Assembly (NCBI GenBank): GCA_013265495.1
Contig: MU057547.1
Span: 5,253 to 59,562, forward strand
DNA: 54,310 nucleotides
Source of the DNA: Vicugna vicugna
Lineage: Eukaryota
Direction of reading: 5' to 3'
Below are positions 11,999-24,110 of this stretch, piece after piece. How positions within the stretch are numbered: the stretch's first letter is position 1; every line of letters starts with the position of its first letter. The notes beneath the pieces were generated by a model, which saw only the letters and a list, made by a program, of their open reading frames with translations, did no database searches and was not told the origin of the DNA. The position numbers and the translations under genes are program-made.

Positions 11999-12209
11999 GG
12001 ATAAACAAGATTATACTGTATAGCACAGGGAAATACATACAAGATCTTGTGGTTAGGGTTAGGGTTAGGTTTAGGGTAGCTCATGGTGAAAAAGAATGCC
12101 ACAATGAATATATGTGTGTTCAGGTATAACTGAAAAATTGTGGTCTACTCTGGAAATTGACAACATTGTAAACTGACTATAACTCAATAAAATACAATAA
12201 GAAAAAAAA
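11999..12209 (+). mobile_element. Young 5'-truncated L1 3' UTR with poly(A) and a 13-bp TSD
   Basis: Flanked by aagttcatgacac (11986-11998) and aagttcgtgatac (12210-12222); typical L1 3' UTR motifs. Confidence 0.85.
12053..12076 (+). repeat. Short interstitial telomeric repeat TTAGGG TTAGGG TTAGGT TTAGGG
   Basis: Read directly. Confidence 0.92.
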
Positions 12210-13067
12210 AAGTTCGTGATACAACACATCCTCTAAGTGATCCCCCGCGGGTGAAGTTTGTGGACGCCCTGACCCTGACCCTTCCCTGTTTCTCCTGCTG
12301 CACATCCAGAGGTACTGGTCACTCGTAGTCTTCAGGGAAGTTAGGAAACGGGCATCTTCCCCTTCACCATTTTCCTTCTGGAGTAACTTGCTTCTTTCTG
12401 AATGGCACCATCAGGCAGACCTGGGGGTCAGTGTGTCGGTGGTGAAGGCTCTCCATTTTCGCTTATCTAGTACGTGCTTCTGGTTCCACACAAACCCAAC
12501 AGCAACAAACACCTGCATTTACGTCACTGGTTTTATTGAGCACGGTGGTGACGGCTGGAAACAGGGCTTTTATTGGGATGATGAGTAACTGGCGTTCTGA
12601 GCAGCGTGTTCCAGAATTCTGCCGGGAAAGGCCACATGGCCCCGGGTACGTGGAAAGTACGTGAAACGTGAGGAAATTAGGTGTCCTCCATGTCCACAGG
12701 GGTGTTTGCCTTGTGTGTGATGATTTGAAATAAAGTTAACGAGTCCGGGATCGAGGGTCAGATCGAGGGTCTCAGCGCGTTGAAGGGCCCCGACGTTTAC
12801 CTGGAGATGTCGTGTGGGTGGGTCTGTGTGAGCACCTGGGGGATGGGCACAGCTGTGCCGGTGATTATGTGGGTGAAGTGTGTTCTGTTGCCGCTAAAAT
12901 GAAAAAAAGTAACTTCCTACCAGTGTTTCTTACCATAACCTTAGTATGTTTATTACCAATGTCAGAGGAATTGCGCTGTTTCCAGAGGGGAGTGGTGATG
13001 CACTTTTTTGAGTTTGAGATTTACAATATTAGCCACTATATATAAAAATGGATTTTAAAAAGTTTCT

Positions 13068-13228
13068 TCTGTACAGCACAGGAGACTATATTCAATATCT
13101 TGTAATAACCTTTAATGAAAAAGAATATGAAAATGAATATATGTATGTGTATGCATGACTGGGACATTGTGCTGTGTACCAGAAATTGACACATTGTAGC
13201 TGAATGTACTTCAATTTAAAAAAAAGAA
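13068..13228 (+). mobile_element. 5'-truncated L1 3' UTR
   Basis: ctgtacagcacagg...ccagaaattgacacattgta followed by an A-rich tail. Confidence 0.8.
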
Positions 13229-13239
13229 ATATTACGCCA

Positions 13240-13490
13240 TAATGCAGTGGTTTCAGCAGCAGGAGCCCAAGGGCTTCCTTCTGAATTTGAATTCTGGCTC
13301 TGAAATATACAAGCTCTGTGGTCTTGGGCATGTTGTTTATTTAGTGTCTATGTTGTGGTTTTTGCATCCTTAAAATGAAATTATAGGGACACCTGCATCT
13401 CCTAGGTTTGGTATAATCATTAGAAGAGTTAAAAATGTTAAGTTCCTTCAGGTAACATCTGGTCAGAGTAAGCGTTCCGTAGGTAATTAG
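13240..13490 (+). mobile_element. MIR SINE fossil
   Basis: ttgaattctggctctg...gctctgtggtcttgggcatgttg...catccttaaaatgaaatt resembles the MIR core. Confidence 0.55.
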
Positions 13491-16011
13491 TGAAATGACA
13501 TGCAGACGAACTGTCGAGGTACCTGTGTCGAGGTGCCTTTCTTATCGCTACTGCTGTACGTCCAGGGCTGGCAAGCACGTTCTCCCGTCTGCGTCATTAT
13601 GGTATCTGCGTGCTTTCTGTCAACAATGCACCTTTTATCATTAAGCACCTACAGTAGCAGCATCTGTCAATTTCTACCTTAAATAGTTTGTGTTCGGTGT
13701 GTCGTGTGTTGACTCAGTGACCAGTTATTTCTAACCTGTTTCGTGTATGACGTTATGTTCGGGAATGTGGAAGTTACAAAAGGAATGAGAGTTGGTCGTG
13801 GATCTCAAGGAGCTGTTTGTAGAGTGGATCAGATGTGCGTGGGATGCAGCAGGGGACTCCGAGTGGAAAGTGGTGCTTCCACCCGAAACAGGAGAGACTG
13901 GGGCGTCTCCTCCGTGCTTGGCGATGAAACACGACTGATCCTCTTGGAAACCCGGTCAGCAGCTACGAGTGCGACAGGTCAGAAATGTGCCTTTGGAAGT
14001 TCGGAGCGTCTCTGCGGACAGATCTCAGAGCCATGTCAGACTGAGCTGACCCCAGACCCGGCTCCTTCTGTCTGCATCTCACGTAAAAGCAGGACAGAAA
14101 TCACATCAGTTTCGACATCCACTGCGGCACCCTTGTGTTGTAACTTCTGCTGGGTCTGATCTGTGGATCTTCATGGTTGGAGGGTACGGGTCTCACTTCG
14201 GTAGATAAAGCTTATATAAAACTGTGACAGGTTGACACGTGCCTCATTTTGCAAAAACAGCACAAGAACTGAAATTGAGCTCTTCTGGTGTGATGCTGCC
14301 GTGGTAAAGCACTTCCCATGGGCTTTCAGGAGATACTGAAGTCGGGCTCAGTGTCGATTTTACCATTTGAGTATGTTTGTTGAAGAACTGAGCAAGTAAG
14401 CCAAAGAAAACAACCAATTGACTATGCTGGCGGAGAAATGTAAAAATAGTTTCCAGCGAGCATTGAGCCCTTCCTAATAGCCAGGCAGCCCTTTTTTTCC
14501 GCATCATCCTTGTGGTCTGGGCAGTTTGTTTATCACAGTGGAAGCTCATCTCTCAGCACCCGCAGTACGTGACGTGTCGTGATGCCTGTGACGTAAATAC
14601 CTACATCTTAGTGAGATGTGGTTTGTGCCTCCGGAGCGTGATGAAACATGTGTTGGTTCTGTGCTGAGGCCGCAGGGCCTCGCAGTTGGTATTTACACGG
14701 GTCTTAAGAAGGGGCGGGTGTCTCTGGGCAGCGGTTTGCGAGGAGGGCGTCTTGGGACCAGGGCGGAAGTGAACGCGGCCTGTTCTGACGTGTGTGTGGA
14801 GGACGCGTGCCCCCCTCCTGTCGCTTGATGTCTCTGCGAAGCATACATTTCACCTGTTTCTCTTCCATTAAGAGAAAATCACCTCCAAGTAAATAAAGAA
14901 TAAAAACCACAGTTTCAGGATTACGACTAAGACAGCACGATTGTGTCTGAAAATTGAGAAAATGCTTCTGTATATTGAACAGAAACTCTCCTTGGTTAAT
15001 GTTCGAGTGTCCCTGGACGTTTTGCTGCCTTGCCCCAGAGGGCATCCGTCACTGAGGTCCCTGCTAACCACGCACACGGCCGGCTCGTGTCAGCGAGTGG
15101 TCAAGTGAACTCTTCCCCAGGGTCCCCGGGAAAAAAGCAGGAGGAGGGGCTCAAAAGAAAAAAGAAGAGAATCCTTTAATTGACAAAGGCTCTCAGAGGG
15201 AAACTGAATTTCCGCGGGCTGTTTGTCCCTGCACGACACGTGTGATGCAACAGGTTCCTATTTCTGATGACCCTCATCTTTGATGTATTTATAACTCATG
15301 CTGTCGCCTAATTTAGCTTTTCAGTATGGAAGGTGAAAAAATTACAGTTTCTCGTTGCTTGCTAGTACATATGTCATTTATACTTGTTTTTGTTCGAACT
15401 TGGACCAGACCCTGAGACGCAGAGACAAGCCCTAGGGCAGCTGACCTTACCCCCCATGTGGTCACCCGAGGTCTGCCGGCAGGGGGGCACTTGAGGCCTT
15501 TCCAGACTCAAGGGCTTGCCAGTGATCGTTGTGATGCTGTGGCTGCACGGCCACGGGGCTGAGGCGACTGGGAAGGCAGCTGTCAGGACAGTGATTCGGG
15601 GTGTGTGAGTTCTGTCCAGAAGGATTCGACTTCAGTGCCTGAGCCTCAGGGCTGCGAGGGGACACTGAGAACCTCTGGGGGCTCCTTCCTGAGATGGATA
15701 TATGTAAAAAAGGAAAGTGTTACAGAGAAGCTGAAAACTAAAAGGGAGGGAAAATGCTAGGGGAAGAAAAGTACACAGTAGTCTCTGTGGTGGCCAGGGC
15801 TGTTACTCGCTCTCCCACCTTGAGGTGGATGGAGATGGCCGTTTCCATTAGATTCAGAGAATTCTTATCTTTTAACAACCTTTTTTTTTAATGATAGAGT
15901 AATATGCATTCAGGAATAAACCATGAGTTTTCCTTGTTAAATATATTTTCATATTTTATAATTGCAGAAAATTGTATAATATTCTGAGTCTGTCATAAAT
16001 TACTGCTACTT

Positions 16012-16320
16012 ACTGGTTATTACAAGATACTGAACATAGTTCCCTGTGCTGTACAGAAGAAACTTTTTAAAATCTATTTTTATATATAGTGGCTAGCACC
16101 TTTTCCCCCAGTAACCGTAAGACTGTTTACTATGTCTGTGAGCCTGTTTCTATTTTGTAGATGAGTTCACAGTGTCCTTTTTTCCTTTTTTCTTTTAGAT
16201 TCCACATATGAGTGATAAAGTATTTTTCTTTCTCTTTCTGGCTTACTTCACTTAGAATGACAACCTCCAGTTCTGCCCATGTTGCTGCAAATGGCATTTT
16301 ATTCTTCTTTGTGGCTGAAT
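16012..16320 (-). mobile_element. L1 ORF2 end and 3' UTR fragment
   Basis: Minus-strand ORF with KNKMPFAATWAELEVVILSEVSQKEK, the L1 ORF2 terminus. Confidence 0.88.
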
Positions 16321-19300
16321 TTAACAACTTCTAATATATAACAAAAGTGGGAGAGCTAATACCAGTGTATTGGCTGCACATGTAACCTCACAAATCATGA
16401 AGCTTGAGCCCGGTGGTCACACCATGATGATCTCCCTGAGTTTGGGTGTCACAGTGGAGAGACTTGTTCTCCACACTCAGGAGAGCCTGAAAAGCATTAA
16501 ATCATCACCCAAGTGACAGACATTTCCTGTAAGTCGGTAACTGTCAGGTAGCCTAACTCAGGTGATGTGTCATTATTTAAGATTTAGTGATTTTATCTGA
16601 AACATATAATAATACAGCAATTTAGGCTTAAATGCCCTGCAGTGGAAGACGTGAACTCTGGGACCCCAGGGTTAAAACTGAGACTCAGGGAATAGGAACG
16701 AAGAGAGCCAAGGATTGGTGGGAAGTTCGTGACCCTGCTTGGTTATCACCGTCCTTCTGAGTCAGTGCTCATGCCCGTCTTGCTCATGGCGGTCGTGTCA
16801 TCCGTGTGTGCCGTTAGCCAGTGTGACCAGAGCTTTCGACCAGACAGCTTCACTAGCCAAGTCCTGAGCTACCTGCCCTGAATGGAAGGATCCGGGGAAC
16901 CCTGCTGCCAGACGTGTCGTTGTTGAAACAGGTGGCGATGCGGTGCCTCCCAGGTTCCACTGCGTCTGCACACGGAGGCCCCGGGGTAGAGGGGGCGCTG
17001 GAGTTGCTGCCCCACCGGGCCCCGCCAGGAACACGCACAGATGGTTCTCTGAGCATCAGGGAGGGAGGCCCCCATGCCTTGGGGACCACAGGCATCTCAG
17101 TCGGGTGTTCCCAAGGTCCTGGTCAGGGTCTGGCTTCGGCTGGGTAACTTAGGGAGGGTCTAAGGAAGGGGGGCTCACTTTGGGTGGGGTGTCATCAGTA
17201 CGTTAGTCCTGTGCTGGTGCATCTCAGGAGGCCTTGCAGAAGGAGGGTGTCCCTACAGCGGGGCCCTCCCTGATGTGCGGTCATCACAGCCGTTTCCCAG
17301 GCTCCTGCAGGCGGGGAGATGGTGTGGTCCCCCCACCGGAGGCCGTGGCAGGTTTCTCATCACTTATTGCCACAGGGCTGCTCTGAACCCGCCCCCTCCG
17401 GCTGCCCTGTGGGTGTCCCAGCTCTGCTGACACTTCTCTCCAGGGCTCTTTGTCCCTGAAACCACTGATGACCTTCCTCTTTGTCCTTTCTGCTCTCCTT
17501 TGGTGCAGGGATGGGGGGCTCCTTTGGGGCCCCACAAGGAATGAGGGACTGCTTGCTCAAGGACGCAGGAATGTGACAGGAGAGCTGAGGGGTCCCGACA
17601 GCACACTGTGGGGACAGCCGAAGCGTGTGCTGGTGACAGTCCCAGTGTCCCCGTCCCTCCTGCCCACAGCGCCCGGGCAGCGGGTCGCGGATGGGACGGC
17701 ACGGGGCAGGTCGGCCTTCCCCTGTGTTAGAACGTGGAGCCGTCTAGAGGACGAGGGTGACTTCAGGGACAGGTACTGTTACACCTGAGGCTGAAGACCA
17801 GGATTAGAGCCAGGTTTGGAAAGTGACAGGAGCGGGGTCCTTTGTAAAAGGAAAATTCACCACCGCTGCCTCTGCAGGAGCTCTGCCGGGGGCGGGGCCT
17901 CTGCTCCCCGAGGCCGCGGGTCTGAGTTCCTCCTTATGGGGCGTTTAGCTCTCCTTGCTGGGTTTTCAGCCGTCCAGATCCTTTCTCTCTGATAGCACAT
18001 GCGGCCTCCCACCCCGAGACTGGGGAGCACAGCTCTGATCTGATTGTGTACCCGCGTTAGTGTTCGTTTTACATGTGGTATCTCTGCGTCCATCAACACC
18101 ACTGCCGCTGTGTGAAGTGGCTCAGCCCTGCTCAGACACGTGGCAGCTCCGACACCACAAAATCCTTTGCCTGAAAGTGCCTGACACTGAATTTGCTTTC
18201 CCCTGGATTCTAATTAACAGCATCCAAACCGCTTACAGGATGCAATTGACCGGCGATATTAATCACACGTTCACGGAGAAATTGGCTGTTGCATTTGACT
18301 TTTTGTCTTATGTGATCTTGGCGTCTAGACACTGAGTAAAACTAAGAAGGGGCTCTTTTCACCACGCTCCCTGGACGTTTATTTTCTTGGTGGGTTTCTC
18401 TATAAAGATTTCTCCTTTTCTGCTGGATCTTGCTTCTAAATTTCTGTGGATGTGGAATAAAACCAAGAAACAGTATTTCTTGTCAAGAGGAACAGTTTAT
18501 TCCAGATAATTAAACCCAGGATTGTTCGAAGGAAACAGCACGAGCATAAATTAGGTCCTGTCACGGGATATAAGTGGTTCCTCATGCGTGGATACCAACA
18601 AAGCGGTTTTGTGGGAAGCTTCAAAGAGTCATTAATAGTTTTGAAGCTTTTCAAAACTAGCACATTGGAAGAAAGCTACAAGGTTTAGTTCTGAGTTTTT
18701 AAAGTGTGCTTCACACATTGACAGATGTTTCATCTTCATATTTGACAGTATTTGAGTTTGCGTCTAAGATCTCTGCGTGTGTACTCTGATGAACGCTGGG
18801 GCTGGTTTTTTTTTTTTTTTTTGCATTTGCCCAAATGCCATTTGGAGAATCAAAGAATAAAATGTAAATGTCAAAATATAATACATTTAGAGAAACAAAA
18901 GGGGCCTTCCTGATTACGGTGGGCCCTCTTGCCCGTGGAGATCACTTAGAGCTGTGTCGTGACGCGGCCCCAGAGTCAGACTGCGCTGCAGGGAGCCCCT
19001 CCTCACTCTCCTGCTTAGAACTGGGACACGGCAGACGGTAAGTATTTGCTAAGTCATCAGGGAGGGAAATATCTAAGTTGGAATTATTTTGCATTGCAGG
19101 TGTGCTACTAACACTTGGAAGTAACTAATAAAATTAACAGTTAGAAAACTGAAGTGTAATAAAAGTGACAAATAGAATGGGCTGCAGTAGCAGGTGGCTG
19201 GGGCCTGAGCCTTGGCTGTGGGGCCCTGTCACGTGGCCCTTCCTCACGTGTAGGTTGAGGCGAAGAGACGCCTGCGTCACGGGCGGATGCCGGTGTTCAG

Positions 19301-19607
19301 AGAGTGACGGAGCACAGGAAGCGCTGCTCGAGGGGCTGTGGGCCTCGGCCTTGCTGTCACTCCGTGGTTGCGGACTCCAGCAGGTGTTAAGGACTCGGAC
19401 AGATACACCAGAGTTTGCGTTTTTCTAGAAGCCGTACAGCAGCCTCCAAACATTTAGACCAGCTTTGAATCTGAGAGTAAAGACAGAGTCTGTCTCACAG
19501 CGGATCTGGTTATGACGTGCTTGCCGGTCTGTCTCCGGGCGGCCACCCTGACTGTCCCTACTCCACCCAGCCTGGCCTTCCCCTTCCCAGCAGGCCTGGT
19601 CCTCTTG

Positions 19608-19789
19608 CACACTCACACCACACACTCACACACACACCACACAGACCCACACACACATACCACAGAGACAGACTCCAGACTTACACGCAAACCACACGCA
19701 CGGACACACACACATACCACACACTCACCAGACACATACACAGACACACACCACACATACCCACACCAGACCCCCCCACACACACACAC
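19608..19789 (+). repeat. Degenerate CA-rich simple repeat
   Basis: About 180 bp of interrupted (CA)n. Confidence 0.9.
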
Positions 19790-22700
19790 GAGTGTGATCC
19801 CCTGCACTGCCCCTGGGGTCCCGGGTTCCCCGTGTGAATCCCCAATTTGCACACCATCTGTAGCTACGTCGTGTTGCTCCTGCGATGATCTCTGCGCAGA
19901 CTGTGAATGACGTGAAGACACAGGCTGCGTCTCCGTGTTTTCTCCTCCTGCTGCCAGAGCCGCCCAGGGCCTCGACCTGCAGGCTCTTTCGTGAATGTTC
20001 ATGAAGCCCCCCAACTGCTCCCCTCCTGCCCCTCCCCGCCCTCCCCCTTTCCTTCTGTGGATGGGCTCACCTGCGATAACCAAGATGGCAGAACCTGAAA
20101 CCAAACTGACGTGACTAATCTTTTCTCACTCAGCACTTCCCTTGAGGTTCGGCCTCAGTGACGTGCCGGTGAGGAGCTCAGAGCACCAGTGAGACCGGGA
20201 CCACAGATCGGACGTCAACCCGAGTCAGTACACGGTCTGTCACTTCTGGTGCATTCAGAAGACAGGAGAGGGAGGCAGAACTTTTGCTCTAAGACTGACA
20301 CGTGTAATGTGGACACTGCCTTGTGTTACGTCAGACTGTTGCAGAGGGGGACTCGTTCCCTTGCAGGCGTTCTGGTGATTGGAGCTACAAGACACAGTTA
20401 GGTTGAACATTTTGTGCATTTGCTTATGAATTTCATTTCTCTCCATCTGACCTGTAGCTTTTTGTCTTCTTTCTACGAGGATGAGATCTCAGTAGCGCAG
20501 GACAGTGGACATGTGGGGTTATGTGCGAGTCTGGCGTTGTGAAAAGTGTGTGTGCTTGTGTGTGTGAACACAGACATGCACGGATATCCATACATGCTTG
20601 TTAAGAATGCCTAATTATCCTTTCAAAGCTGATCTTTTCAGATCGCAAAATAAATTCCAGAGGAATATCATACTTTTAAATTTAAGGCATATTATTTAGC
20701 GTCTTCCTTAATATGAAATCAAGTGGGTAAATCTCAACCACACAACTTCTGGGTTTTGTTTTTATTTCAGTTGATGCAGTTGAATGCAATTAAAAATTAA
20801 CTCAATTCCATGCACACTTTTACATGTGGCAGATTTTCACTCTAGTCTCTGTGTGTGGACTTGATACCCGTATGGTAACTTTAGTTTTATTGCTGTGGTT
20901 CTGAAAGCTACATTAACAGGACTATAAATTTTAAACCATTTTTAAGTTTTGGTTGCTCGTATCTGAAGTCACGCTTTCCTGATTTTCTAACTATGTATCT
21001 TGGCTATTAGATGGCCTGATGCCAAAAAAAAGTCTCAGAGCATAAGCCTAATTAATTAGTGGACACCTGAGAAAATGAACAGTTCATACTATCTTAAAAC
21101 TTCGTCGATTACTTATCGTGGAAAAGGGTATGAGGAGACATATGGGTTATAATTTTTATATTGGTTTCTATTGTGTGTAGATGAAGGTTATTTAAAGGTT
21201 TTATCGCGTGCAGTTTATTATAATTAGAGTTGGAAAATGCACAGTTCTGTATAGGATTACCTGTGTTGTAAGATTTTGCTGTAATGCACGTTAATGTGAA
21301 TTTTAGTGCGCAGACGCGTTTACTCCCCATAACAGGTGCTGCGTTGTGACGGCTGCAGACGAAGGAGGAGGGAATGAACTGATAATTGTCTGAAATCATA
21401 TGCAAATTAGAGGCAGAATATTGTTACTGATTTTATCTCACTTCTTTATCATGAGGGAAAAAGTGTCTTCTAACGTGATTTTTCTCCAGCTGTCAAGTTA
21501 GCTGCAATGCCCTCAGCCTTTTGGAGGTGTGATGCTTTGTTATTCATTGGATTCATAGCATTTTGTCAGGAAGCTCTGCCAACACAAACGCCTGACGTTT
21601 GAGGGACCCACCTGTGAGGACCTCTGTCTGCATCACGTCCGTCAGAGCGGCCGGAAGCGGGTTCACCAGTTGGAGCCAGTTTGCCGCCGATGTGGAGCAG
21701 GGACAGAGGTGGGGGCTAAGCGTTGAGAAGCCTTCATTGGGAGCAGTTTGACATGAACATTTGTATTGGTCTGTATTTAGATCGATTAACTCCGATAGTG
21801 ATGGATTTGGGTCTGTGTCTTCTGTGTGTCTTTTTGTTTCATTTTAATGATTCATTTTGTTGTATTTTACTAGAGGCTCATTCTGCAGTGGTTTGGGAAA
21901 AATAACCAGTCTTGCCCGTGGACAGTTTCTGGGGCCCCGCTGCACTGCCCAGGAGGGGCAGTGATGTTATGGAGTCTAGAGATGAAAGAGGCGGGGAGAT
22001 TTGAAATTCCTCGTCTAGAAAAGCTTGACAGTACAAAACTGATTTATTCTTGGTCCACTGAGGAGTTTCCAGCCCCTCTGACCTCGAGGGTCCCCATTCT
22101 GGTGGGCCTGCTTCTGGGCTTGGATGGGGTGGGTCCGGCCAGTCACTTCTAAGCAGTAAAAGGAGTGGTGGTGCTGTGATGTCTGAGGTCAGTGCAGACC
22201 ATCTTCTGTCCTTGGCTCCTGGTCAGAGCCCCCATGAGCTGCCCCATGTGGCCGGGGAGACACTGAGCCAGTGAGGAGCTGGAACCCCCAGTCTGAGGGT
22301 ACAAGGGGGGGATCTTGCCAAAAACGCACAACAGATTGGAAGCCCCTTCTTGGTCAAGCGTCCGGGAGGGAGTGAAGCCCGGGTGGCACCTTGATTGCAC
22401 CTCAGAGAGACTTCGAGGTGGTCCCGCCGAGCCCAGACCCCTCACCTTCCAGAACCGTACCACGCGGGCCGGGCGCTCGCTCTCCCCCCAGGGCAGAGTG
22501 GGCTCCTGCGGGTGTGTTTCAGCCGCCGTCCTGCACATGGTCCTGTACTGACTGCAGTTCCGGTGCTTGGCTTTCTGGTACCTGGGCTGTTTTTAAATAT
22601 GCTGTGTTGATGGTTTTGGTGGTATTACTATTGTTCCAGTTTTAAGGGGTCTGAAGTTTAAACCTCAAATACTGGGACAAACCATGACATATATACGTGA

Positions 22701-23825
22701 CTAAGTTTTTGAATTGAGCAAAGGGTTCTTCTCTCAGAAATAACTCTCGCTCAGTCATGCCGCAGAGGAAGAAGGTACCAGTCACAAAGTGAAGCTTCTG
22801 GGGCAAGAAAAGACCGCACTTTAGTCGAAAGGTTTTACCCGCCAGTGAGCGATGACGTGACACTTTGACTGTAGGTGACAGCAGCTGTGGCGCTGGGATC
22901 TGGATTTACACACGAGGAAATAAAATTACAACAGTAAGCATGAAAGCAAACTGAACATTGTCTTAAACACAAAAATGGAAACTCAGTGTGAGCAAAGCGG
23001 CTTTCGATTAGTGTGTAAAAATAGAAACCCGAGTGCTCGTAAGGACCAGCGGGAGTGGGTGGAGTTTACTCGTAAACACGTCCTCCCGCTGCTCAGTCTG
23101 GGTCGGGTCTGCGGAGCCTAGTTTTGCTGTTGGCGGAAAACAAAGCACAGAAATAAACGCTCCCTCAATAACGAACCAAGTACTAGCCTTTGTTTCTTAC
23201 CATCGTGCATTGAAAAGAGATGAGCGCTGCTTCCAAAGGAGATTGGTTGCCCCGTCTCTCTTCCCCTGAAGAGGACCGGGGGCCGCACCTCTGGCCCTCA
23301 CTCCGGATGCAGCCGTGACTGTCCTGTTCGGGTGGAATTTGAGACCAGGAGCCTGTTTGTCTCTCACTGGCCTGTAATGGTCGTGTGATTACGTGGAAGC
23401 AAGCCTTTAACAGGGGCCCGAGGGTCAGGGTTGCCCAGGTGGGAAGTGGGTCTGGACGCAGGGGGCTTGAGGGGAGGAGGATGGAGGGAAAGCCCAGGGA
23501 GGGAGCAGAGTCGGGGTGAGCAGGACGGCCCCAGAGAAGCCAGGACAGAGTGAGGCTGACCCCCGCCTGCTGGGTCGAGGTGCCGAGGATGCCCCAGCGT
23601 CTCTGCGGGTCACGCGGCCCCGTTCCAGGGCCTGACCCGTCACCCAGCATCAGATTCCTGGGAGGACCGACCTGGTAAGGACTTGCTGTGCGGGTCGCAG
23701 CTTAAATCCCGCTCATGAGGGCGCTTGGAGGTCCCGGCTGTGCGTGCGCATGGGGCTGTCCACTTCTCTGTCTTCACAACTGACTGCATGACCCGGGGCT
23801 CCCCAGCTCTTAGTCTTTCTCTGAG

Positions 23826-24110
23826 GAACCAGCCCCAAACCTAGTGGCTTAGAGCCATAGTCTCTTCTCTCTTGTGGTTCTGAGTCCTGACTTTGCTGGC
23901 TAGATATTTGTCATTTGGAGTCTCTAGGAAATGCTGGCAGTTGACTCTGGATGCCATCTGGGTGCCCGGAGGGCACGGGACCGTGGCTTCTCTCCCTGTG
24001 GCTAATGACAGCTTCTTGCACAGGGGCCTTGGACCTTGTTCCTGAGACCATCTGCCCCATGTTCTGTGGTTCCTGTAAGTCAGGGAGGCCAGACTGTGCC
24101 CAGGAGGGAA
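23826..24110 (-). mobile_element. MLT1-like (MaLR) LTR fossil
   Basis: aaccagccccaaacctagtggcttaga resembles the MLT1 terminal motif; boundaries uncertain. Confidence 0.45.

Larger units (their letters stand above)
11867..12270. mobile_element. MER5A-like hAT DNA transposon fossil, split by an L1 insertion
   Basis: cagcagcgacagcctcacctggaaattggtaagaagtgcagattctcaggcccc on the left and aagtgatcccc...gaagtttg on the right resemble MER5A. Confidence 0.6.

Noticed and set aside
16920..17360. Possible old LTR fossil
   Set aside because: Only a vague resemblance; I could not fix termini, TSD or family.
19512..20104. His/Thr-rich and Cys/Val-rich ORFs
   Set aside because: Translations of the CA-rich simple repeat.
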